Virus record (IMG/VR): IMGVR_UViG_3300034684_000299
Coordinates: 1 to 64,000 of that record
Source: a virus
DNA: 64,000 bases
Reading direction: 5' to 3' (one strand)
Shown here: positions 18,930 through 28,388 of the stretch, one piece after another
How positions within the stretch are numbered: position 1 is the stretch's first letter
Layout of the letters: the number at the start of each line of letters is the position of its first letter
Notes under the pieces: generated by a model
What the model was told of the DNA's origin: nothing
What the model saw: the letters and a program-made list of their open reading frames with translations, nothing else
Database searches by the model: none
Position numbers and translations under genes: made by a program

Positions 18930-20210
18930 CTACGTAAGAATTGCTACCTCCTTTCTATAACTATACCCATCAAAGCGTTGTACAACTGAAAAATATTTAT
19001 GATTTACACCTTGTACAACTCTTTGACCTTCCTTGTTTTTAATATCAAAATATCCACTGTTTCTACAAGTAACTTCTCCATACCATATGCCTTTATATTT
19101 TCCTTTTGGTATTTCAGCTTTAACCATATCTCCTGTTTGAAAGCCAAAGAAATATTTTTGTCTTGCTAAATATCCTCTCTGAAAGCCGTATTTATCTAAA
19201 TTTGTTCTACAATGACTACCTCTACCTTTTGCTTTTATATACAAAACATCTTTTGTCTTAAAATATAATTTATCTGGTGTACTTTGACCTACACAACAAG
19301 CATCAAAGTAATGTTCTTTTGGCAATCCTAATTTGATTCTATTCATTTTAGTCAAAGCACCTGTACCACATTCTACTTCTAGTCCACTATTACAAAGTAT
19401 ATCATAAACTTTCCATCTTGTAGAATTAACTACAGAAGTATCCTTTAATGTTTGTTTAACTTGTTTTTGTATATCAGGATAACCAAATTCTTCTGCTGTC
19501 ATATTACCTTTCTTCTGGTTGCACTCATGGCAAGCTAAGCAGAGATTATCAATTCTGTTTGTTCCACCCCTTGATTTTGGTATTATATGTTCTACTTCTA
19601 ATGGAATGTTTTCTTTTCCACAATAACAACATTTTCTACCAAACTTTTCAAGTAAATATTCCTTAACTTCATATCCTTGTAAAGTACCTTGTTGATACTC
19701 TATACCACTATTTTCAGGATTTCTCATTAATTGAGTGTCGAATTTAACATTTTCATAAGATATGTGAGTTAATGGAATTAATTTTTGTAACCTATTAACC
19801 CATGTTTTTATATTATTAACTCTACTTTCAAGTGAAGGTGGTATCCAACCCTCTATTTTTCTTCTGTTCAAAAATCTTGGTTTTCTATATCTCGTCTTTC
19901 TATTTCTTCTGTTGTGTCTATACATACGCCTTGCATCAAGTTTCTTTTTAATATCTGTTCTATGGTCTATTTGTCCCAACCATATTACATTATTATTTTG
20001 TAATATGGCTAATCCCGTATGTTTACTACCATAATCAATTTTTAATCTATATTCTTGTTTATTATCAGTGTCATCTACTGCTTTTTTAAGGATTATTGTA
20101 AATGGGTATTTTCTAAATATTGCGGCCTTACCTTGTTTAAGCAATTTTCTTGCAACTGCTTCATGACAAGGTGATAATGGTTTTCTATTAATATCTAATA
20201 CAAATACCAT
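18930..20210 (-). CDS. iscB: IscB RNA-guided endonuclease #3 (RuvC + HNH motifs intact)
   Basis: KPLSPCHEAVAR, KIDYGS, RRMYRHNRRNRKTRYR, YENVKFD, CCYCG..EVEHIIPKSRGG..CLACHECN, HYFDACCVG. Confidence 0.95.
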   Translation of the reverse strand: MVFVLDINRKPLSPCHEAVARKLLKQGKAAIFRKYPFTIILKKAVDDTDNKQEYRLKIDYGSKHTGLAILQNNNVIWLGQIDHRTDIKKKLDARRMYRHNRRNRKTRYRKPRFLNRRKIEGWIPPSLESRVNNIKTWVNRLQKLIPLTHISYENVKFDTQLMRNPENSGIEYQQGTLQGYEVKEYLLEKFGRKCCYCGKENIPLEVEHIIPKSRGGTNRIDNLCLACHECNQKKGNMTAEEFGYPDIQKQVKQTLKDTSVVNSTRWKVYDILCNSGLEVECGTGALTKMNRIKLGLPKEHYFDACCVGQSTPDKLYFKTKDVLYIKAKGRGSHCRTNLDKYGFQRGYLARQKYFFGFQTGDMVKAEIPKGKYKGIWYGEVTCRNSGYFDIKNKEGQRVVQGVNHKYFSVVQRFDGYSYRKEVAILT

Positions 20211-20448
20211 AGAAATTTCTCCTTTCTCTGCTTACGCAGGTAACATCTCCCTCGGCAATGTTATCTATGTTTACACGTATAGCACACTGGCTTAACCCAC
20301 TACACCTGTTTAATGCTATACGACAGAGCCTAGAACTAGGAGGGCATCCTAGGGTGTCATGACATAGATAACGTAGGTTCTGTTTCAAACCTTAGCCTGG
20401 TCAACATAGGGCTATCAAGCCCACGGCTTTAGCCGTTGGGTAGTTGAC
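20211..20448 (-). ncRNA. omegaRNA scaffold of IscB #3
   Basis: GTCAACTACCC, GTTGACCAGGC, CTACGTTAT, ATTAAACAGG, AACATTGCCGAGG. Confidence 0.85.
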
Positions 20449-20455
20449 CTCAATT

Positions 20456-20491
20456 AAAAAAATCAAAAAGTCTCCGCCAAATAGGCGGAGA
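20456..20491 (-). terminator. Intrinsic terminator after the 1677-aa gene
   Basis: Stem TCTCCGCC/GGCGGAGA (20471-20491) followed on minus strand by CTTTTTGATTTTTTT. Confidence 0.75.
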
Positions 20492-20498
20492 TTATTTA

Positions 20499-23400
20499 TT
20501 AGCTCTCGGAACCCATACTACCATCCCAAACATGTATTCTAAAATATAATCTGTTAACATCAACAGGATTTGTCAATCTATGGGTGAATCTAACATAATG
20601 TTTACCATCAGCCGGAACACCGTTGACTTTTTCAAATCCTTCTACTCCAGGATTTAAACCCATTATTTGATTCCATACATAGTTTGCAGGATCAGTCCCA
20701 GCTATATAGAAAGAATTATACCCAAATTTGGTAGTATCGTAGATAAAACCTTCTTCTGTTGTTCTGAAAGGTTTTTTATCTTCACTAAATGATTTATAAG
20801 CTAATAATCTATCAGTAGTTCGGTTGTAAGTTGGGTCATTAAAATCTTTTTTTGCTACTTCTATCGCAAAATGTTCAGTGCCTTCCACAAGGTTCTCAGG
20901 AGCTAACCAAACAACGTCTATATCTTGATCACTTATTGGAGCCCCTAAAGCTGGATATATCAATTCTGGTATCTTATATACATCCATCATGTAAACGTCT
21001 ACTTTTCTCAACGTTGGATAATATACTACTGAAGAATGAAAATCAAATCTCAATTGAAACACGAAATTATCTGCTTGCATATTATCAAATTCTGGTATTT
21101 TTCTGATATCACCGGTTGTTTCTACAGGTATCCATCCTTCGAGATTCCATGTTTTCCCATTATCAGTAGAATATCTTATATATGTATTAATCCTAGTATC
21201 GTAGATAGAACGATTACCTTTTGGTTCGTCTTTAATAATAACCAAATCAAACAATTTTGATGTTCTTGGTGGTTTAAAAACAGGAGTTTCTATACTTGAA
21301 TTCAACTCTTTTTTATTTTCAATTTCAAAAAGGATATCTGCATTTTCAAATCCGGGAAATGGTCCGTCTGTATTTGAAATCAAATAAATTAAACCAAGAT
21401 AGAAATTCTTTGGATCATCGTATAATTCAAAGAAAGCATTCCATTCTTCATATGTTATTTCTGAGGTTTCTAAAGCAGTATTAGAACCCACATGAGTTTG
21501 TTTGGTTCCGTATTCTACTTCAACCCATTGTCTTGTATCTGTATTCAAATAATACCATCGTCTACCATCTGCAGAAAATATGAACTTTATAGTGTGAATT
21601 ATGATATCGTTTATTTCTTTGGATTGTACACCTAAATGTATGTCTTTTATGGACAATATTTTATCCACAGTATAAACAGCTTTATTAGTTGTTTTAACAT
21701 ATAGTGCTGGCTTTTCTTCATCCGCTAAAGAAGAAGTTGAATCGAGGTCAAAATCCAAAATTCTTATTTCAGCATTATAACTTTTCAAAAATATCTTTTT
21801 TATTCTAATATCAACTGACCATTGAGTTGCATTTTCCAATCCTGTATATATTTTCCCTATATTGATGGAATTACCATATCTTGGCATCTGTTCCATCGTA
21901 CTTAAAGTTTCTATCTGTGTTTCAGTAGCACCTTCTGGTTTATATGTAATATAATGTGTATAAAGAATTTCAGCAAGCATGTCGTTAGTTAATATCATGG
22001 GATCGTTAACAGCTGTCATTTTGTACCAATATGTTGCTCTCCATCGGTACCAATATGTTATGTTGGGATAACGACCCGTATCAGGTGCTAAGTCTATCCA
22101 GGTAACTCCAGAGTTAAAATGCCCTAACATTGCTTTTTTAGCTACTTTGTTTCTTAAGATAAAAGATTTAACCCGTGTTAACTTTGGTTCTAAATCTTCA
22201 AATTTAAAATTGTTATAAGAGATATATTCAAAACTTTGAGTTAATGGATTTTGATAATACAAATGTAATTCAAACTGTTTTTCTATTGGTAAATTAATTA
22301 ATTCATATAATTCTTCAGCCGAGATAAATTGTTGATCGTAAGGAGTATAACCAAAATCTGGCTTTGTTGAATCAGTATGTGAAGAGGTTTCTTCAAATAC
22401 CTGTTGTGCTGATACTTCATGGTCACCAAATAAAACATGTGTAGCATCAAAAGATAGTTTTGATATTGGTATATTCCTGTTGAATTCAAACTTGTAAGCC
22501 ACATTTGGATCTAAACGTAACATTGGTTTACCTGTTTCGTCATTTATAATAGCTTCTTGCATGAATTCATCAGCTGTTAAAACTACTACTGAAGAATCGT
22601 TAGCAAAATCAACTTCCGTGACAGGAATACTCAAACTAGTTGTATCTATCTTATATACTTTGTCTATCAATGCTTTAAAATCCGAAGAAGTGAAATTGAT
22701 ATTTTCAATAGATATAGGATCTGATTCTATTTTAGCATTAGTTCCTACAACAGTTTCGTTTTGTAATCTTATTATATTTCTCCAACTAGCTTCCGTTGTT
22801 GGTTCAAGTGTTCTTAAAAATGAGTTTATTGGGTCCAATCCAACAACTTCCATATTTTGAGAAGCACCTGTTGATAGAAAACTTTTCATTCTATCGGCTA
22901 ATATTTCTTGTGGAATGGTTTTTAAAACTAACGATGTATCTCCAGTTACTCCAGATGTTTGAACTAATTCAAAATTACTTGAAGTAGCTGGATACTGAAA
23001 TTCAAAATCAGTCATATCGTTAGGAAATTGAGAATTTAACATGGCAAATCTATCTTCCAGAACCAAAAATTTATCAGCTGGAATTAAACTATTATTGAAT
23101 GAAAAACTTTGATAATTTTTATACAAAGAAGCAGAATATGGGTCAAAATTCAACGAAGCTCGCCAAAAATCTTTCTCTCTCAAATACATTGGGTCTAATA
23201 TTCTATTCGGTGCAGTAACTGTAAAAGCATTTGACATTAAAGATTCATTGTATTCGCTTGTTAGTTTAGCAAAGTATTGTATAGTAGTTCCTGGTTGTAC
23301 TCCAACACCTTTATCATTGTAAACATAGGTATTCATTTTAAAAGAAGAAATATTGACAGATGGGTCTATAGGTTCAGTACTAGTGATAAATATTTGAGAA

Positions 23401-25532
23401 GGATCTACACTTATTACCTGAGTATCATAATTTACACTTAGTACTTTTACATTAGAAAACTGATATGTTGTATATTGAAAGCTAACATCTATCGTCGCAT
23501 CTTTGTCTAATCCGTTTGGAAGTAAATTATTAGCAACAGTTGTATCTAATTTAAAATAAGAAATAACACCTGTATGTGTACCTGTAATTGTATTATTAGG
23601 ATCACTAGAAAGAAGCGGTATAAGCTTATGAGCAGTATTATCTACAGGTATTTTACCTATTCTGTATGGTTTAGAGTCTCCTGGAACTTGTTTAAAGACT
23701 TCTATATGTTCTATCTCATTTATCCTTGTATCTGTTATTTTTATATTCAACAAAATTTCATCATCATGAGTAGTATAACTTAATAAAGGTTTTAAATATT
23801 CCACTGTTGTTGTGAAAGTATCAACAGCAGTAGCAGGACCCTGAGCACCAGCGGAATATGGTATAGCTTTTACTTCGTATTGTGTATCAGATACAAGCCC
23901 CTCTAATTTCACTGAAATAACGGAAGCGGCAGCATCTAAATAAACGGTTTTCCATAATTGAAAATCCAAATCTGTTACTTTTTTTGCATAGAATTCTATT
24001 TTGGAATAATTAGTCTTATCTTCCAACGATATAGTATAAGTAACAGTATGAGAAGTAGTCTGAGTTCTATCAAAGTTTTGAATAGGTGGTAAAGTAGCCG
24101 CCGTTTCTATCCAATAATAAGCAGGTGTATAGGCAAAAAAATCGTTATCATTTACAGCTTGTATATTCCAAACATCGTTTAATGTCCAAGCATCTCCAGT
24201 AAAATCTGTGTCATTAACATCATAATTTTCTGCTATTAGTAACGTTAAATCTCCAGTTGTTTGATCCCACAAATAATCTTCACCCATTAACTTGTAAATT
24301 ACCAATCCACCTTTATTGGCATCCTCTGGGATAATTTCGGAATTCAAATCTAATTCAGAAGCTCCAATATATAAATAATCATTCTTTATCTGAACCGATT
24401 GCATTCTTTCGGTATAAAATTGTGATGGCAAAACAAGAGCCATCTTAGCAGGTGTTGGTTCGCCTAATACTAAATTCGAATTTAATATTCTAACATAATT
24501 TGTGTTTTTAATGGTAAAGTCTGTCATATCAACAATAAAATAAACAACTCCACCATTTTTATATTTGTAATCAGTAGCTAACTCATCATATTCACCCTTT
24601 AATCCAGCGGCTACATGCAACTTTTGAGTCCCAAAAGAATAATCGAATCCTATACTTTCTATTTCATTAGTTAAAGGGTCTAAAGGAGCAGTAGATATAG
24701 TCATGTCTGAGAACGTTGTTAAATCGAAACTTTGTACAGCTAAATTTGGAACAAATGCATATCCAGTATTTATTTTCATTTTAAAATAAATTTTTAACTG
24801 CCCTTTTAAAGAATAGAGAGCCATATCATTCCCAATAGATACAGTTGAAAAATTTATATTTGACATTTGATTATAAGAAGATGTTATATTTACTAAAGGA
24901 TAATTCAAAGAACCTACGTATTGAACCAAAGTTCCAGTTCCATTGTTTGCCATTAACAAAAGAAATTCATCACCAAATTCATTTCTCACAATTTCAATTG
25001 CTTTTAATTCTGTATATGGTAATATTTTAGTTGTTTTATTAGCATACGAAGTAGAAACTATAGCTAGAGGAACTCTAAAAGAAAAAGCCGCAGCAATATT
25101 TCCCAGAGAAATTATTCCTATATTGTCAAACAATACAAATGAATCTCTAGCAAAATCTAAGATAACCCCTTTTGAACTAGATTTGTTAAAAAAAGATACT
25201 TTTCCATTTTTAGCTGAAATTAGAATTTCAGAATCATCGATGTTTAAATATTCGAATAATCTCAATTTAGTTATAGAAGCTCCCAAAGTACCTTGCAGAT
25301 TATAACTAAACCATGGTTTCATAGTTTCAGCATTGTACCATTCAATTCTCTCATTTGTTAAAAGTATTAAATTCTTTTTTGGCATATCTCCAAACATTCC
25401 ATACCAACTTAAAGCCCTGTTTTTTAACATCAAATCATCTGGATCATGATCCTCTGTTCTATCGTACAATAATCTACCTTTCAAATAATTTGAAACAGAT
25501 ACTTTTTTTATCGAACCCGTTTGTAAGGGCAT
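20499..25532 (-). CDS. Large baseplate/tail protein with FN3-like domains (1677 aa)
   Basis: ISVKLEGLVSDTQYEVKAIPY..GP (FN3 signature); beta-rich; context. Confidence 0.65.
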   Translation of the reverse strand: MPLQTGSIKKVSVSNYLKGRLLYDRTEDHDPDDLMLKNRALSWYGMFGDMPKKNLILLTNERIEWYNAETMKPWFSYNLQGTLGASITKLRLFEYLNIDDSEILISAKNGKVSFFNKSSSKGVILDFARDSFVLFDNIGIISLGNIAAAFSFRVPLAIVSTSYANKTTKILPYTELKAIEIVRNEFGDEFLLLMANNGTGTLVQYVGSLNYPLVNITSSYNQMSNINFSTVSIGNDMALYSLKGQLKIYFKMKINTGYAFVPNLAVQSFDLTTFSDMTISTAPLDPLTNEIESIGFDYSFGTQKLHVAAGLKGEYDELATDYKYKNGGVVYFIVDMTDFTIKNTNYVRILNSNLVLGEPTPAKMALVLPSQFYTERMQSVQIKNDYLYIGASELDLNSEIIPEDANKGGLVIYKLMGEDYLWDQTTGDLTLLIAENYDVNDTDFTGDAWTLNDVWNIQAVNDNDFFAYTPAYYWIETAATLPPIQNFDRTQTTSHTVTYTISLEDKTNYSKIEFYAKKVTDLDFQLWKTVYLDAAASVISVKLEGLVSDTQYEVKAIPYSAGAQGPATAVDTFTTTVEYLKPLLSYTTHDDEILLNIKITDTRINEIEHIEVFKQVPGDSKPYRIGKIPVDNTAHKLIPLLSSDPNNTITGTHTGVISYFKLDTTVANNLLPNGLDKDATIDVSFQYTTYQFSNVKVLSVNYDTQVISVDPSQIFITSTEPIDPSVNISSFKMNTYVYNDKGVGVQPGTTIQYFAKLTSEYNESLMSNAFTVTAPNRILDPMYLREKDFWRASLNFDPYSASLYKNYQSFSFNNSLIPADKFLVLEDRFAMLNSQFPNDMTDFEFQYPATSSNFELVQTSGVTGDTSLVLKTIPQEILADRMKSFLSTGASQNMEVVGLDPINSFLRTLEPTTEASWRNIIRLQNETVVGTNAKIESDPISIENINFTSSDFKALIDKVYKIDTTSLSIPVTEVDFANDSSVVVLTADEFMQEAIINDETGKPMLRLDPNVAYKFEFNRNIPISKLSFDATHVLFGDHEVSAQQVFEETSSHTDSTKPDFGYTPYDQQFISAEELYELINLPIEKQFELHLYYQNPLTQSFEYISYNNFKFEDLEPKLTRVKSFILRNKVAKKAMLGHFNSGVTWIDLAPDTGRYPNITYWYRWRATYWYKMTAVNDPMILTNDMLAEILYTHYITYKPEGATETQIETLSTMEQMPRYGNSINIGKIYTGLENATQWSVDIRIKKIFLKSYNAEIRILDFDLDSTSSLADEEKPALYVKTTNKAVYTVDKILSIKDIHLGVQSKEINDIIIHTIKFIFSADGRRWYYLNTDTRQWVEVEYGTKQTHVGSNTALETSEITYEEWNAFFELYDDPKNFYLGLIYLISNTDGPFPGFENADILFEIENKKELNSSIETPVFKPPRTSKLFDLVIIKDEPKGNRSIYDTRINTYIRYSTDNGKTWNLEGWIPVETTGDIRKIPEFDNMQADNFVFQLRFDFHSSVVYYPTLRKVDVYMMDVYKIPELIYPALGAPISDQDIDVVWLAPENLVEGTEHFAIEVAKKDFNDPTYNRTTDRLLAYKSFSEDKKPFRTTEEGFIYDTTKFGYNSFYIAGTDPANYVWNQIMGLNPGVEGFEKVNGVPADGKHYVRFTHRLTNPVDVNRLYFRIHVWDGSMGSES

Positions 25533-25558
25533 TAATTACACCTCCACGTGTTATTTTT

Positions 25559-26206
25559 TTATCTTATTGGAAAATCATCGAGAATTTGTAGATATTCCCC
25601 GCTTTCTTCAATATATCTATAAACATCAGCACTATCAATTAAATTGTATGGATCAGAAAAGGAAACTATAAGTTTGCCGTCACAACATACTTGTGCTCCT
25701 AACACGCCTGTTTGAGTTAAACCTCCTAAGATGTCTGATAATTTTTTCCCAACATAACCATATCCTATAATTTTAAAAGGTGGATACAATCCGTAATTTT
25801 CAGGTGCTTGTTCAAAAGCTAATGTTCCGCCTACATAATCAAAAAACCATCCCACATCATGTCCAGACGGTATAGGCGTCCCAGAACCGTCCAACAATTC
25901 TATTATATAATCTCTTCCATAAGTAGGCGGTATAAGTATGGGATCGTTTGTTTCCCTATGGTATGATTGCCTGTTTCCAACTGTTATATCTTCCACCAAC
26001 TCTTCTTCTATACATAGAGCTATACCTTCAGCTACGGCGTTAGTAGGATTAGAAGATATAGGAGAAACCCATATCAACTTCGGATCTGTTATTCCTAAAG
26101 CTGACCATCTTGATTCTTCATAGAACTCTTTTAAATTTGTTGAATGAGTTTTATCGTTTATTTTCTTAAATGGATAATTAATTTTTGTATCTTTTTGAAT
26201 AGCCAT
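25559..26206 (-). CDS. Putative virion structural protein (215 aa)
   Basis: SD GGGAGG; KINYPFKK..EFYEE and WFFDYVGGTL segments; tail-operon context. Confidence 0.55.
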   Translation of the reverse strand: MAIQKDTKINYPFKKINDKTHSTNLKEFYEESRWSALGITDPKLIWVSPISSNPTNAVAEGIALCIEEELVEDITVGNRQSYHRETNDPILIPPTYGRDYIIELLDGSGTPIPSGHDVGWFFDYVGGTLAFEQAPENYGLYPPFKIIGYGYVGKKLSDILGGLTQTGVLGAQVCCDGKLIVSFSDPYNLIDSADVYRYIEESGEYLQILDDFPIR

Positions 26207-26229
26207 TTATTTCCCTCCCGTTAAAAAAA

Positions 26230-28335
26230 TCACCAACCAATTTCTTCAACTTTATCTAAATAATATCCATCTTGTATAGAAATTTTTAACATATAAGAAA
26301 AATTAGTGTATGCAGTTGAATTAGTACCAGCTGTCCAATAAACCTTTATCCCGTTGCTAGTAGTTTCATACTGAGTAGAAGCACCATCTCCGTCTGCACC
26401 CGTGAATGTTTTCAAATCATAGTATTTTGTTAAATCAAGCCATCCTGTTTGTCCTGGCAGTTTGATGTAAGCTTTTAAATTCGTGCCAAAATCAAAATCT
26501 CCAGTAAACTCTAATATTCCATTATTTCTCGGTTGGGTTCCTTTAAACATCCTTATAAAATCAACAAATAATTCTGTTGAATTCATTGAATATATATGTT
26601 CTGGACTCGTTTGAAGGTTTCCTATATAATTGGGATGAACTAATTTGTTTACATATACTATTGCTTGATCGATAACTGGTTGTGTTGAATCCCAAACATT
26701 CATAGCTGGATCGGGTAAAGTATCGTAATTGTCTAAAGGCAGTCGATATGTTTCAGAACAAAAATCTTCTCTTAACCAATTACTCCCGGTACAAGAAGCA
26801 TTATTAATCCAATAAGGAAAATCAAACTCCATATATCTACTGTTAAAAACATTGTACATACTTAATCGAACTTTATCGTTGAACATCTGTATTTTATTTT
26901 GAGGGATAGGAAAAGTTAAATATTTTGAGGGTAATGTTTCCCATGCTTCTGGTACCCTTCCCCATAAATCAGCATACGATAAATTACCTATATTTCCTCC
27001 ATTGATTAAACTTATGCTTATCGGATGAACTTTCAATGTATGCTGTACCAGATTGTTTATTTGTGGTAAATTAATTTCTATGTCAGCATCTTGTAAATAA
27101 GCTATTCCAGAAATATATTTATAGTTTTGGTTAATTACATTATAAACAACAGCATTTTCATCGAATTCTATTGGAACTACATCTTCGATCATAAAACTAT
27201 TATTTTCAAATAATTTGATATTGTTATCATCTGTTCTAAATGATACCCTTAATGTAGAATACCCTTCATTTAAATTCTCTGTTTTAAATTCAACATTTAA
27301 TCTTCCATTGTAAAAAGAAGCAAAAATATCCATATATTTTTCTGGATTTACTATTTCTGCTTTTACTAAATTTCCGTCGTATTCCACTTTTTCTGGATAG
27401 TCACAATCTTCTCCAAGAGGTACTTCCCATTTTTCTTGTAATTCGTCTGTATTTTTATCAAAATATAATATATATTCTACAGACGAAGTTATATCTGATT
27501 TAAATGTTATTGGATTACCTAATTTTGTTACTAATGCTTCTAACCCACCTATTAGTCCATAACCGAGATTGTTTGCATATACAACATTGTAAGCATAAGT
27601 AGCCTCCCATTCGTTATTTTCAAAAATAGGGTCTCTACACAATCTTAATCTAATATAAATTTCTTTCAACGCTTCATTCAATTTATCTATCCCATCTGCT
27701 ACTGAATCAGATGGAAATAATCTAACAGGCGAAATTCCTCCCAAATAACCATCATCGTAAGTACCATCAGAAGGTGTTCCAATTCTCATAACTATTTCTC
27801 GCAACATTTTTAAAATATAATCGATTTGTTGTTGCATGTGTTTTATTTGTCGAGGTAACGGCAATAAATTAGTATATTCTTTATCCCATTCGTCAAATTG
27901 ATTTTTGTATTTTGAATATTCTTCTAGAAATTGTTTATGTGGTCCTTCTAAGAATTGTTGTATGTTATCTACAACATCTGCTACACTGGTAACATCTTTA
28001 TTTCTAATCACGTCACCAGCAGAATTAAACCCTACTGTTACTCTTGCCCCTATATATGAAGCATCTAGCCAAATTCTATTGCTTTCTTGTTCAAAATAAA
28101 AATAATCGGTAGCTGGAGTAGCTAAGGGATATACCATACTCCTACTTAACGATTTACCATCGTCCAATGTAACTGTTATTGGTTTAGTAGGATCAACTAC
28201 CTTGCCAAGTTCTACAAACTCATGTTCAACATCATAAGTTATTTCAACATAGTGTGATACATATGTTCCGTCTGGTTTTTTATATACAGGTGTAAATTCA
28301 GGTAAATAATTAGGATTGTATTGATCGTCTGACAT
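26230..28335 (-). CDS. Putative tail/baseplate-associated protein (701 aa)
   Basis: Coiled coil, SVADGIDKLNEAL, C-terminal YIKLPGQTGWLDL..DGDG; context. Confidence 0.55.
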   Translation of the reverse strand: MSDDQYNPNYLPEFTPVYKKPDGTYVSHYVEITYDVEHEFVELGKVVDPTKPITVTLDDGKSLSRSMVYPLATPATDYFYFEQESNRIWLDASYIGARVTVGFNSAGDVIRNKDVTSVADVVDNIQQFLEGPHKQFLEEYSKYKNQFDEWDKEYTNLLPLPRQIKHMQQQIDYILKMLREIVMRIGTPSDGTYDDGYLGGISPVRLFPSDSVADGIDKLNEALKEIYIRLRLCRDPIFENNEWEATYAYNVVYANNLGYGLIGGLEALVTKLGNPITFKSDITSSVEYILYFDKNTDELQEKWEVPLGEDCDYPEKVEYDGNLVKAEIVNPEKYMDIFASFYNGRLNVEFKTENLNEGYSTLRVSFRTDDNNIKLFENNSFMIEDVVPIEFDENAVVYNVINQNYKYISGIAYLQDADIEINLPQINNLVQHTLKVHPISISLINGGNIGNLSYADLWGRVPEAWETLPSKYLTFPIPQNKIQMFNDKVRLSMYNVFNSRYMEFDFPYWINNASCTGSNWLREDFCSETYRLPLDNYDTLPDPAMNVWDSTQPVIDQAIVYVNKLVHPNYIGNLQTSPEHIYSMNSTELFVDFIRMFKGTQPRNNGILEFTGDFDFGTNLKAYIKLPGQTGWLDLTKYYDLKTFTGADGDGASTQYETTSNGIKVYWTAGTNSTAYTNFSYMLKISIQDGYYLDKVEEIGW

Positions 28336-28378
28336 ATGTTATCGGTGCTATATTTCTTAAGCACCTCTATCCTCCTTG
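28336..28378 (-). promoter_or_regulatory. SD-hairpin-AUG translation initiation site (gene 26230-28335)
   Basis: AAGGAGG upstream of stem GGTGCT/AGCACC 28344-28365, ATG 28335. Confidence 0.6.
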
Positions 28379-28388
28379 TTTTACAAAA

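Larger units (their letters stand above)
18867..20448 (-). mobile_element. IS200/IS605-family IscB element #3 (non-autonomous)
   Basis: Left end GTCAAC 20443-20448 with ACGGCTAAAGCCGT hairpin; right end with GTGGCTAAAGCCAGT hairpin. Confidence 0.87.

Noticed and set aside
10587-20448. IscB elements as IStrons (group I intron hybrids)
   Set aside because: Non-coding parts are only ~240-265 nt and are fully explained by omegaRNA blocks; no group I core elements recognised; insertions are protein-neutral without splicing.
16285-28365. Out-of-frame GTG starts at 16313 and 28364 as simple sequencing frameshifts
   Set aside because: Both GTGs sit in perfect hairpin arms and the same architecture recurs at 35060 and 45539; read-level check still advisable.
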